Positions 37,243-46,414 of a DNA stretch of 64,000 bases are shown piece by piece. A program made the position numbers and the translations under genes. The stretch is taken from assembly GCA_036518395.1 (NCBI GenBank), contig DATDNH010000094.1, positions 7,366 to 71,365 on the forward strand, read 5' to 3'. Below the pieces are notes generated by a model. The model was not told where the DNA came from. It saw nothing but the letters and a program-made list of their open reading frames with translations, and made no database searches. Source of the DNA: Candidatus Angelobacter sp. Its GTDB lineage: Bacteria; Acidobacteriota; Terriglobia; Terriglobales; Acidobacteriaceae. Position 1 is the stretch's first letter. Each line of letters opens with the position of its first letter.

Positions 37243-39591
37243 CTAGAGCCTGGCTTTTCTCAGCCTCAGCGCGTTTGCGATCACTGATACCGAGCTGAAA
37301 CTCATGGCTGCTGCCGCGAATACCGGTTGCAGCAGCAATCCAAAAAAGGGATACAGCACACCTGCCGCAATCGGCACGCCCAGCAGGTTGTAGATAAAGG
37401 CAAAGAACAGGTTCTGCCGGATGTTGCGCATGGTGCTCTTGCTGAGCCGCCGCGCGCGCACAATGCCCATCAAGTCGCCTTTAACCAGGGTGATATCGGC
37501 GCTCTCCATCGCGATATCTGTGCCGGTTGCCATGGCAATTCCCACGTCCGCCTGGGCCAGCGCAGGCGCATCATTGATGCCGTCGCCGGCCATGGCCACC
37601 CTGTGCCCTTCACTTTGAAGAGCTTTGATCACCTCTGATTTTTTATCCGGCAAAATTCCGGCGCGATACTCATCAATTCCAAGTTCGGCTGCAATCGCCT
37701 GTGCTGTCGTGCTGCTGTCACCTGTCAGCATGATCAGCCGCAAACCGTTTCGGCGCAACAGTGGCACCGCCTGTCGCGCAGACGGTTTGACTGGATCAGC
37801 CACGGCAATCAGCCCGGCAGCTTTGCCCTGGACAGCAACCAGGATCACCGTCTGTCCTTTCTTTTGCAGTTCTTCCGCAGAATGGACCAACTCTCCAGGA
37901 TTGGTCTCTCGATCTTTGAACAAGGACAGGTTGCCAACCGCCACTTCCTTTCCATCTACCTGACCTGCTATGCCTTTGCCGGTGATGGAATTGAATTGTG
38001 CAGCGTTTCCCAACTTCAGATTTCGCTCAGCGGCGGCCTGCAAGATGGCTGCTCCGAGCGGATGCTCGCTGGCCCGTTCCAGCGTAGCTGCCAGGCGCAG
38101 CAATTCCGCTTGAGTAAATCCCGGACCAGCGCTGATTCCCACCACTCGCGGCTTCCCTTCTGTGAGGGTTCCGGTTTTGTCCAGCACCAGGACGTCGACT
38201 TTTTCCAGGCTCTCAAGCGCTTCAGCGTTCTTGATCAGAACACCAGCGCGTGCGCCACGTCCTGTGCTCACCATGATGGCCATTGGCGTTGCTAAACCCA
38301 GCGCACATGGGCAGGCGATGATCAGAACCGCCACTGCATTCACCAGAGCGTAAGCCAGGCGCGGCTCCGGCCCCCAAATCAGCCAGCCTATGAATGTAAG
38401 CACTGCTACCAGAACTACGGCGGGCACAAAATACCCGGACACTTTGTCGGCAAGGGATTGAATCGGCGCTCGTGTTCGCTGCGCTTCCGCCACCATTCGT
38501 ACGATTTGAGCAAGCAGGGTTTCCGAGCCCAATCTTTCCGCTCGCATCACGAACGAGCCGGTCTGGTTCAGAGTGCCGCCAATCACCTGCGCTCCCGGAA
38601 TTTTCTCGACCGGGATGGGCTCGCCCGTAATCATGGATTCGTCCACCGCGCTGCCTCCATCTTCGACAACGCCATCAACCGGCACACGGTCCCCGGGACG
38701 CACACGCAGCCGGTCACCTTTGTGCACGTGGTCCAGAGGAATCTCTTCATCAGCGCCATCTGGCCGGACACGCCGGGCAATCTTCGGAGTAAGGTCGAGC
38801 AGCGAGCGAATTGCGCTGCTCGTTCTTTGGCGCGCACGCAATTCCAGCACCTGGCCCAGCAACACCAGCGTTACGATGAATGCACTGACTTCAAAATAAA
38901 CTTCCGGGTGCCCGTGTGCGCCCCGTATTGAAGTCGGAAAAATACCGGGCGCAATCGTCGCCAGCAGGCTGTAGACGTAAGCCACTCCAGTGCCCAGCGC
39001 GATAAGAGTGAACATGTTCAGGCTGCGATTGACCAGAGACGCCCATCCACGCTCGAAAAATGGCCATCCGCCCCAGAGCACGACCGGAGTAGCCAGCGCG
39101 AGTTGCAGCCATTGCAGCATTGTGGGCGAGAGATGCCGTAGCGGACTTCCCTCTGCCATGGCTCCCATCGAGAGCACGAGTAAGGGAATGCTGAGCGCCG
39201 CGCCTACCCAGAACCGCCGCTGCATGGAACGCAGCTCGGAGTCATCTTCTTCATGAGCGCCTGTAATCGTCCGTGGTTCCAGGGCCATGCCGCAGATCGG
39301 GCAACTACCTGGCTTGTCGCTCACGATTTCCGGATGCATGGGACAGGTGTACTCCGTGGCCTCTGCTGGCGCGACCGCAGGTTCGCGGACCTCGCTTTCG
39401 GGCGCCAGGTATTTCTCCGGCTCCGCTTGAAACCGCTCAGCACATCGCGGATTGCAGAAGTAATACTTCTTGCCCTGATACTCCACCGATCCACGGGCAG
39501 TCTGCGGATTGACCGTCATGCCGCAGACCGGATCAATCACAGTAGCGGGTGGGGCTGCGGAGATACCGATTCGTTGTTCCTCGTGTCCCAT
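37243..39591 (-). CDS. copA: copper-translocating P1B-type ATPase
   Basis: Motifs CPC ([12 protein letters not shown]), [26 protein letters not shown]. The N-terminus has a TRASH/YHS-like VCGM...[12 protein letters not shown] plus YTCPMHPE...CPICGM instead of a GMxCxxC HMA domain. Confidence 0.95.
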   Translation of the reverse strand: MGHEEQRIGISAAPPATVIDPVCGMTVNPQTARGSVEYQGKKYYFCNPRCAERFQAEPEKYLAPESEVREPAVAPAEATEYTCPMHPEIVSDKPGSCPICGMALEPRTITGAHEEDDSELRSMQRRFWVGAALSIPLLVLSMGAMAEGSPLRHLSPTMLQWLQLALATPVVLWGGWPFFERGWASLVNRSLNMFTLIALGTGVAYVYSLLATIAPGIFPTSIRGAHGHPEVYFEVSAFIVTLVLLGQVLELRARQRTSSAIRSLLDLTPKIARRVRPDGADEEIPLDHVHKGDRLRVRPGDRVPVDGVVEDGGSAVDESMITGEPIPVEKIPGAQVIGGTLNQTGSFVMRAERLGSETLLAQIVRMVAEAQRTRAPIQSLADKVSGYFVPAVVLVAVLTFIGWLIWGPEPRLAYALVNAVAVLIIACPCALGLATPMAIMVSTGRGARAGVLIKNAEALESLEKVDVLVLDKTGTLTEGKPRVVGISAGPGFTQAELLRLAATLERASEHPLGAAILQAAAERNLKLGNAAQFNSITGKGIAGQVDGKEVAVGNLSLFKDRETNPGELVHSAEELQKKGQTVILVAVQGKAAGLIAVADPVKPSARQAVPLLRRNGLRLIMLTGDSSTTAQAIAAELGIDEYRAGILPDKKSEVIKALQSEGHRVAMAGDGINDAPALAQADVGIAMATGTDIAMESADITLVKGDLMGIVRARRLSKSTMRNIRQNLFFAFIYNLLGVPIAAGVLYPFFGLLLQPVFAAAAMSFSSVSVIANALRLRKARL

Positions 39592-39662
39592 GGTTCTTAT
39601 CTATCTTAAATTCGACTATATTAGAGCGTTCCACGATTCAACGACTGTGAGGAAGATCACAA

Positions 39663-39890
39663 ATGACTTTGCTGGATGTCGTATTCAGATACGGCACACC
39701 ACCGGGCGAGCGGGAGATGTGGGCGCTCAACAACGCCTGGGAAGTCTATGGCGTGCGCAAAATCAAGTTCGATGAGAAGCAGCAGACCATCCGAGTGGAA
39801 TACGACGCCACGCGGCTAAACGACGGCGAAGTTGCCGCCATCCTGCGTCGAGCGGGCATCGACCTGCGGGAAAAAGTGCAATTGGTGTGA
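39663..39890 (+). CDS. small hypothetical protein divergent from copA
   Basis: 75-aa ORF with an ATG start. No motif recognised and no Cys residues. Confidence 0.4.
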   Translation: MTLLDVVFRYGTPPGEREMWALNNAWEVYGVRKIKFDEKQQTIRVEYDATRLNDGEVAAILRRAGIDLREKVQLV

Positions 39891-39929
39891 GAGAACGGCT
39901 TTTGGCCTTTGTGTTGTGAATGGGTTTGG

Positions 39930-40262
39930 ATGGTGAACTTTAGCTTCCAGGTGTTGGGTGACCCTGACGTCCTACTCGCGGAGCTATGCCCAAATGATCA
40001 AGATGGGCATGTGGACTTCGGATCCGCTGGACGCAGCCGGGCGCCGACCAATTACAAGCACTTGTTTGAAGGTCAGGTCGAATTTCGTGTCTACGTGCTA
40101 GAAGGGTTTGTCACCTATACGTTGTCGCTGAAACGCACGGCCGAGGGCTTGCGGTTTATCGGTAGCACGACTGGCGACAGTATGCGACATCAAGCGATCG
40201 GCGGGTGCTTGAAGCACTATCTGATATCCCGCGGAGTCACGGTCTCGGCGTCTGCCATTTAA
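39930..40262 (+). CDS. hypothetical protein (weak call)
   Basis: ORF in a visibly more AT-rich stretch. No family recognised. Confidence 0.25.
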   Translation: MVNFSFQVLGDPDVLLAELCPNDQDGHVDFGSAGRSRAPTNYKHLFEGQVEFRVYVLEGFVTYTLSLKRTAEGLRFIGSTTGDSMRHQAIGGCLKHYLISRGVTVSASAI

Positions 40263-40278
40263 AACATCTGAAAGAAAG

Positions 40279-40302
40279 AAAAATGCAGCGGGGCACTTTC
40301 GA
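40279..40302. repeat. 24-nt motif AAAAATGCAGCGGGGCACTTTCGA, copy 1
   Basis: Differs from copy 2 at 40455-40478 by a single base. Confidence 0.8.
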
Positions 40303-40454
40303 CCGCAAAATGAGTTCGCGCCCGCGGACCGTTGTGCGGAGTGTTAGCGTCTAGCGGCTCGCTTGCGAGTCGCGGGCGTTGAGGCAGACTGGTGAGCGAA
40401 GCGAATTAAGCACTGGTATTCCACAACATTGTCGTATGGGGAGAGGGACTTCTC

Positions 40455-40521
40455 AAAAATGCAACGGGGCACTTTCGAAGGATCTCTGGCCGTTAGATCC
40501 AATTCGAAAGCGCCCCGATGC
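40455..40521. other. motif copy 2 plus an inverted degenerate copy, forming a long imperfect hairpin (stem 40461-40485 / 40495-40521, loop ctggccgtt)
   Basis: Paired by hand: 25 stem positions with 2 mismatches and a 2-nt bulge. Non-coding, AT-richer gap. Confidence 0.7.
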
Positions 40522-41050
40522 GCGCCACTTCGTCTGCCCTTCTCAATTGCACCCCCTGTGCCATTTGTGGCGTATTGAAAATAAAGCACTTAGCCCGGCA
40601 ACGGGAGACGAAGCAAGGTAGTAATTCCATGCACCTGCAAATTTTTCCCTAGATCAGTTTTTCAAGATGTAACGTTTGCTGCCTTCAACCCAGTTATAGA
40701 TGAGGTGAGATTCTGGGGTTCTGAAAGTCGAAAGTGGCATCAATTGCCGGGGGCTTTCCGGTCTCTCAGTATCCGCCTTGGAATACAGATGGGGCTCGGT
40801 TGGTACCGTTGGAGGAACCATCGAGCCTCCATCCGTACCTATTTTCAATGGCTTATCGCCACAATCTAAACAATTTCTAAAGAACTGGACGATTTGTACA
40901 AAGCGCAAATCACGCCCGGATCAGTGCTCACCGCTTCGCCAGCGAGCGCACGCGTGAGATCGCCGCGCGGAGGTCGGAAGCCACGTTCCGCAGATTCTGA
41001 AACATTTCATCAAGGTATGCTCACTAATTGATGGTGTTCTCCCAACAGTT

Positions 41051-41725
41051 CTAGTGGGCACAGTCGCATGCTGCCTTGCCCTTCAGCGCCTCCCCGCCTT
41101 CTCGCACAACAATGGGCAGGAGGCACATCGCTGCGACCGGGTCAGCCCAGGTCAATTTGAAAACGGCATTTAAGACCAACCCACCCAACGCGATCCAAGC
41201 CAGATATGCACATGTTGAGCTTTGGACGGCGTCAGCTTTCAACGAGCCGCTCTTTGTCTTTGCGGATAATGCTCTCTTTCGGCGTGCGAGCGAAGGCATC
41301 GCAAGGGCGGCTGCAATCAGCAACGCAATCCCCAAATAGCTTGGCGCCGGTTGGAAGCGTGAGCTTGTGAGAGCCAAGATGGAGCTTGCTGTGATAAACA
41401 CCGCAAGAATAAAGAGGAGGATACCCGCAATTCGACTCGCTGCTCTCTCGTTTAAATGCGAGTCCTTATTGAAGCGCATCAGCACGACAATTGCCGACGC
41501 GAGCTCGATTACACTGTCCAAGCCAAAACCCAACAATGCGACGCTCTGCGCCCGGACAGCAGCAAACACCGCAACGGCTGCCTCTATACACATCCACACG
41601 ACGGTGATGATCTGAAGCAAAACGATCTGCCTCTGATAAGCTGTAGCGCCTTGTTCGACGTGCTGGATTCGTGTGTCCAACAACGGAATTCTAGCAATGC
41701 AGAAGCACAATTCACTCTCTGGCAA
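41051..41725 (-). CDS. cation-efflux (CDF-like) membrane protein lacking the cytoplasmic C-terminal domain
   Basis: About 6 TM helices. LLGFGLDSVIELAS resembles the CDF TM2 DxxxD/E site. C-terminal Cys/His tail KAACDCAH. The ORF overlaps the cusA stop by 14 nt. Start uncertain. Confidence 0.6.
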   Translation of the reverse strand: MPESELCFCIARIPLLDTRIQHVEQGATAYQRQIVLLQIITVVWMCIEAAVAVFAAVRAQSVALLGFGLDSVIELASAIVVLMRFNKDSHLNERAASRIAGILLFILAVFITASSILALTSSRFQPAPSYLGIALLIAAALAMPSLARRKRALSAKTKSGSLKADAVQSSTCAYLAWIALGGLVLNAVFKLTWADPVAAMCLLPIVVREGGEALKGKAACDCAH

Positions 41726-44700
41726 GAGTACCTTGGTGGAGAGCCCGTTCCTTCATCATCACGAAAAATACCGGAACCAGGATCAGGACGTGGACAGTGG
41801 AAGTAATCATGCCGCCGACGATAGGCGCCGCAATGGGTTTCATTACGTCTGAGCCGATTCCGCTCTCCCACAAAATGGGGATAAGACTGGCCAGAACCGC
41901 CGTGACAGTCATCAATTTAGGTCGCAGGCGCTGGACTGCGCCCTCGATGGCCGCGTCTTCAATTTCTTCTGCCGTCAACGCCCTGCCTTCCGACAAACGG
42001 CGATCGAGTGCCTCATGAAGATAGATCACCATGACCACTCCCGTTTCAACGGCGATTCCAAACAGCGCGATATAACCCACCCACACAGCAACGCTGAAGT
42101 TGTATCCCATGATCCATTGGAGGAGTAGGCCACCGGTCATAGCGTAGAAGGTAGGAAAAATCAGCACCGTTGCTTCCGCGACGGAGTGAAAAATCATGTA
42201 TAGCAAAAAGAAGATTGCGGCGAAAACGATTGGCAGAATCATTTTTAGCCGCTGCCTGGCCCGCAATTCGAACTCGTATTCGCCCGACCAGTGAAAGGTA
42301 TATCCAGACTGCAATTGAAGCTGATCGTGCAGGAGCTTACTGGCCTGATCCACGAATCCGCCATAATCCTTGGTATTCAGGTCAATGTAGACGTAGCCGG
42401 TGAGTTGACCTTCTTCATCTCGGACCATGGCCGGCCCACGCGAGTAGGAGATCTTCGCCACCTGCTCGATGGGAATTTGCGCGCCCGAGGGGGTTGCAAG
42501 CAACACTCGTTGCAGGGCGGTGACGTCGTCGCGGAACTCGCGTTCGTAGCGAACGCTGATGGGATAGCGTTCACGTCCTTCGACGTTTTCGGCCACGTTC
42601 ATGCCGCCGACCCCGGATGCAACGGCCTGCTGCACGTCGGCAACGGTCAGGCCATAACGCGCAGCTTCGGGACGATTCACCTCTATATTGACGTAAAAAC
42701 CCTGAGACACGTGCTCGGCAAAGACGGAACGCACTTGCGACATGGTAGAGAGTATCTGCTGAATCCGCGCGCCCGCCTGCTGGATGCCTTCCAGGGATGG
42801 GCCCTGAATCTTCATGCCGACGGGAGTCTTGATTCCGGTGAGGGACATGTCCAGCCGGTTCTGCACCGGCATGGTCCATGTATTGGACAATCCTGGGAAT
42901 TGCAGTTTCTGGTCCATTTCCTGGATCAGTTTTTCGTAGGTCATGCCGGGACGCCACTGCTCACGCGGCTTGAGCATGATGGTGGTGTCGTACATATCGA
43001 GAGGAGCATTATCGGTAGAGCTGTCAGATCGCCCAACGGCGCCGAAAACGGTCTCCACTTCGGGAAAAGAACGGATGATACGGTCCTGCTCCTGAAGCAG
43101 TTGTGTAGCTTCAGTAATTGCGATTCCCGGGAGAGCAGTAGGCATGTACAACGACGAACCTTCATAGAGCGCGGGCATGAACTGACTGCCGAGCCGCCAT
43201 GCCAGGGGAAATGTCAATAAAAGAAACAGAAGATTCAAGAGAATCGTGGTCTTACGGTACTTAAGGCAGAAGCGCAATACGGGCAAGTAGAGCCGTTTGG
43301 TGAAAACCGCAGCCGGATTTTTTGATTCCGCATGCAATTTGCCGCGGATGAAAAGAATCATCAGTACGGGAACGAGTGTGATGGCGAGCAGGGAGGAAAA
43401 CGCGACGGCCAGAGTTTTTGTCCAGGCCAGCGGCCGGAACATGCGGCCTTCCTGGGCTTCGAGCAGAAAAACCGGAAGGAAGGAGACCACGATAATGATG
43501 AGTGAAAAGAAGAGAGCTGGCCCTACCTGACGGGCAGCGCCAATCAGGATGCGACGGCGCTCCGGTTCTTCCGGCGGACCGGCTACACTGCGCTCGGAGA
43601 GATGGCGGTAGCCGTTCTCAACCATGACAATAGCGGCATCCACTAATACGCCGATAGCCAGCGCCAGCCCTCCGAGTGACATGATGTTGGAGCTCACGTG
43701 CAGGTAGTACATGGGAATGAACGAGGCGATGACGGCAATGGGAAGGCTGATGATGGGTATCAGCGCTGAACGGAAATGGAACAGGAAACCCAGGCAGACG
43801 ACGCTCACGATAATGGCTTCCAGCAGGAGGTCACGCTGGAGGGTCCGGATGGAGTCGCGAATCAATCCGGAGCGGTCGTAGCCAGAGACGATCTCGACAC
43901 CGGATGGGAGCGTGGACTGGACTTCTGCGAGTTTTCTTTTTACTCCATTGATCACGTTCAACGCATTGAGTCCGTAGCGCATCACCACGATCCCGCCCAC
44001 CGTCTCGCCTTCACCCTGCCACTCTGCGACGCCTTCGCGAATGTCCGGCCCGAATGACACGCTTCCCAGATCTTTGATAAGCACTGGCGTGCCATTCCTG
44101 GCCGATACAGGAACATTCTCCAGATCGGAAAGCGAGCGCAGATAACCGAGACCGCGGACCATATAGCGCGTGCCCGAGAGTTCCAGAACCCGCCCTCCTA
44201 CCTCATTAGTACTGGCCTTGACCCGGTCCATCACCACAGAAAGAGGGATTCCGTAGGCAAGCAGCTTATTGGGATCGAGCCGCACCTGGTATTGGCGGAT
44301 GAAGCCACCGATAGTGGCAACTTCAGCCACGCCGGGCACGGTTGCCAGATCGTAGCGCAGACGCCAATCCTGCAGGCTGCGCAGATCTGCCAAACTGTAT
44401 TTCTTTGTGTGATCCACCAGGACATACTCGTAGATCCAACCTGCGCCGGTGGCATCGGGGCCGATCATCGGGCTTACCGCTGTCGGCAGGCGGCCGCGAA
44501 TCTGCTGCATGTATTCCAGTACGCGCGAGCGCGCCCAATACATGTCTGTGCCGTCTTCGAAGATTACATAAACATAAGAATCGTTGAACATGGTCTGCCC
44601 GCGCACTGCTTTTACCTTCGGCGCAGCCAGCAGCGCGGTCACGATTGGATATGTGACCTGGTCTTCAATGATGCCGGGCGGTTGGCCCTCCCAATTAGAG

Positions 44701-44849
44701 TGAATGATTACCTGCACGTCGGAGATATCAGGCAGGGCATCCAGAGGAATGTTGCTGATGGCCCAGATTCCGGCCAGCACCAGCGCAACCGTACCGGCAA
44801 AAACCAGAAAACGATTCTCAGCGCACCATTCAATGATTCGGGAGATCAT
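41712..44849 (-). CDS. cusA: heavy-metal efflux RND pump, CusA/CzcA family
   Basis: 1045 aa with 12-TM RND architecture. The N-terminus MISRIIEWCAENRFLV is typical of the HME-RND family. Lies in an operon with an adaptor and an OMF. Confidence 0.9.
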   Translation of the reverse strand: MISRIIEWCAENRFLVFAGTVALVLAGIWAISNIPLDALPDISDVQVIIHSNWEGQPPGIIEDQVTYPIVTALLAAPKVKAVRGQTMFNDSYVYVIFEDGTDMYWARSRVLEYMQQIRGRLPTAVSPMIGPDATGAGWIYEYVLVDHTKKYSLADLRSLQDWRLRYDLATVPGVAEVATIGGFIRQYQVRLDPNKLLAYGIPLSVVMDRVKASTNEVGGRVLELSGTRYMVRGLGYLRSLSDLENVPVSARNGTPVLIKDLGSVSFGPDIREGVAEWQGEGETVGGIVVMRYGLNALNVINGVKRKLAEVQSTLPSGVEIVSGYDRSGLIRDSIRTLQRDLLLEAIIVSVVCLGFLFHFRSALIPIISLPIAVIASFIPMYYLHVSSNIMSLGGLALAIGVLVDAAIVMVENGYRHLSERSVAGPPEEPERRRILIGAARQVGPALFFSLIIIVVSFLPVFLLEAQEGRMFRPLAWTKTLAVAFSSLLAITLVPVLMILFIRGKLHAESKNPAAVFTKRLYLPVLRFCLKYRKTTILLNLLFLLLTFPLAWRLGSQFMPALYEGSSLYMPTALPGIAITEATQLLQEQDRIIRSFPEVETVFGAVGRSDSSTDNAPLDMYDTTIMLKPREQWRPGMTYEKLIQEMDQKLQFPGLSNTWTMPVQNRLDMSLTGIKTPVGMKIQGPSLEGIQQAGARIQQILSTMSQVRSVFAEHVSQGFYVNIEVNRPEAARYGLTVADVQQAVASGVGGMNVAENVEGRERYPISVRYEREFRDDVTALQRVLLATPSGAQIPIEQVAKISYSRGPAMVRDEEGQLTGYVYIDLNTKDYGGFVDQASKLLHDQLQLQSGYTFHWSGEYEFELRARQRLKMILPIVFAAIFFLLYMIFHSVAEATVLIFPTFYAMTGGLLLQWIMGYNFSVAVWVGYIALFGIAVETGVVMVIYLHEALDRRLSEGRALTAEEIEDAAIEGAVQRLRPKLMTVTAVLASLIPILWESGIGSDVMKPIAAPIVGGMITSTVHVLILVPVFFVMMKERALHQGTLARE

Positions 44850-44851
44850 GG

Positions 44852-46414
44852 CTACATACCTCCCTCAGCGTTTACAGAGAGCTGTTTGGTGGCGAGGGTG
44901 CGTCCATTCTGCTGCGCGGTGATCGTGACCTGCCATGTGCCTCCCGATCCAAGATCGCCGGTACCTTCGTAGATTCCACTTCCCTTCTCTGCGCACGTGA
45001 CTGTAGTTTTCATGGCGCTCATGCCCATTGCAGGCATCGCAGGCATATAAAAAGTCACGATGACCTGCGCTCCGCTTACAGGAGTTCCGCCGGTTGAGGT
45101 GAGTTGGACACGAAAGAGATTGTTGCCTTTTTGGGGCGGCGAAGGCTGACTGGTCAATTCAACGTTAACGGCTGAAGTATTCATGGCGGCCGCTGCTCCC
45201 GCGCCCGGGGGTGGAGGAGTAAATGCGCCGGCAGCGGCCTGTAACTGGCTTTCTGAATCAATCAGGAAGTTGGCTGAGACGGCGATGGATTCACCGGCGT
45301 GAAGACCTTTCAGAACAATGGTTTCGTCACCGAGCTGTGGCCCAGTATCAACCTCTCGAGGCTCAAACTGGCCGTCTCCATGGTTGACGAATACCAACTG
45401 CCGTGTTCCAGAATGAAAAACCGCTGACGCAGGAACCACAAGCTGCCGTCCCAGCGAACTCTTGAGCACGACATTGACGTACATTCCCGGCGCAAGTTTG
45501 AGTCCGGGATTGGGAAACGCCAGGCGGGCACGCGCAGTGCGCGTATTCATATCTACCTGCGGCAGGATACTGTCAACGCGCCCGTGAAAAACTTTTCCGG
45601 GATAAGCGTCCACGGTAATATCAGCGGCATTTCCAGGGCGGACTTTGCCTAAATCCGTTTGAAAGACCTGCGCATAGACCCAAACGGTGGATAAATCGGC
45701 CACCGTGTACAGCCGAGTCTCGGGCTGCACGTACATGTTGGGCAGCGCATTCTTTTCCGTGATGTATCCAGAAACAGGCGAGTTGAATGTGAGATCGGTT
45801 ATCACCATTCCCGTGCTTTCCAGCTTCTCGATTTCGGCGGCCGGGACTTCCCACTGCGCCAGCCGTTCTTTGGCGGCAGAAAGTAATGTGTCTGCGCCTG
45901 CTGCCACGCCGGTTACGGTGCTGGCCCGCAGGGACTCGGAGTTTTTCTTTGCCAGCAGATATTCCTGTTCTGTGGTGACCAGGTCAGGGCTGTAAATGGT
46001 AAAGAGAGGCTGACCTTTGCGGATGTACTGGTAGGTGGCATTGGCGTAAACCTTGCGGATCCATCCGGGGAAACGGGTCTGCACGTAAGCAATGCGACGC
46101 TCGTCTGCGTCCACGGTGCCGGTTAACCGCAACTCAGACTCCACTTGCTTCAGTTGGACTGCGCCGAGTTTGACGCCAATGTTTTGCATGCGTTGGGGCG
46201 TCAACAGTACCGGCGCAAGAGGCGTCTCAGCCGCCGGCGGGTTTGGGTTCATTGCGCCAGCAGTCGTATCTGGCTGCGGATTGACAGTCGCGGGTTTCGC
46301 CCCACGGTGCTGCAACCGCCACCATAAAATTCCTGCTGCCGCCAGGAGCACCAGATTCAGAATCAAGGTGAAGGTAAATGCCTTGCGGTAATCCCGGGTT
46401 CCAGTTGTGTTCAT
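44852..46414 (-). CDS. cusB: RND periplasmic adaptor (CusB-like) with an extra C-terminal Met-rich beta domain
   Basis: HlyD/MFP core (QPLFTIYSPDL, beta-barrel segments). The last ~110 aa form a YtkA/FixH-like extension containing MPAMPAMGMSAM. Confidence 0.85.
   Translation of the reverse strand: MNTTGTRDYRKAFTFTLILNLVLLAAAGILWWRLQHRGAKPATVNPQPDTTAGAMNPNPPAAETPLAPVLLTPQRMQNIGVKLGAVQLKQVESELRLTGTVDADERRIAYVQTRFPGWIRKVYANATYQYIRKGQPLFTIYSPDLVTTEQEYLLAKKNSESLRASTVTGVAAGADTLLSAAKERLAQWEVPAAEIEKLESTGMVITDLTFNSPVSGYITEKNALPNMYVQPETRLYTVADLSTVWVYAQVFQTDLGKVRPGNAADITVDAYPGKVFHGRVDSILPQVDMNTRTARARLAFPNPGLKLAPGMYVNVVLKSSLGRQLVVPASAVFHSGTRQLVFVNHGDGQFEPREVDTGPQLGDETIVLKGLHAGESIAVSANFLIDSESQLQAAAGAFTPPPPGAGAAAAMNTSAVNVELTSQPSPPQKGNNLFRVQLTSTGGTPVSGAQVIVTFYMPAMPAMGMSAMKTTVTCAEKGSGIYEGTGDLGSGGTWQVTITAQQNGRTLATKQLSVNAEGGM

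Noticed and set aside
40344-40908. Minus-strand ORFs 40344..40589 (81 aa) and 40654..40908 (84 aa).
   Set aside because: They have no motifs and lie in the AT-richer gap. The first spans the repeated motif and hairpin. The evidence is insufficient to call either a CDS.
40910-41010. 25-codon minus-strand fragment MFQNLRNVASDLRAAISRVRSLAKR that reads like a protein C-terminus.
   Set aside because: TAG and TGA stops lie immediately upstream in frame, and it is too short to assign a family. I mention it only as a possible remnant.
39592-41050. Genomic island or mobile element interpretation of the AT-rich gap.
   Set aside because: I found no integrase, transposase or tRNA attachment site, and no clear terminal direct repeats flanking a cargo. 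Composition alone is not enough.
42291-43220. 309-aa plus-strand ORF inside cusA. Similar long antisense ORFs lie at 24424..25143, 34869..35570, 49133..50050, 52729..53748 and 63285..63986.
   Set aside because: Each lies wholly opposite a gene with strong family motifs. Long antisense open frames of this kind are expected in GC-rich DNA. None has a recognisable domain.
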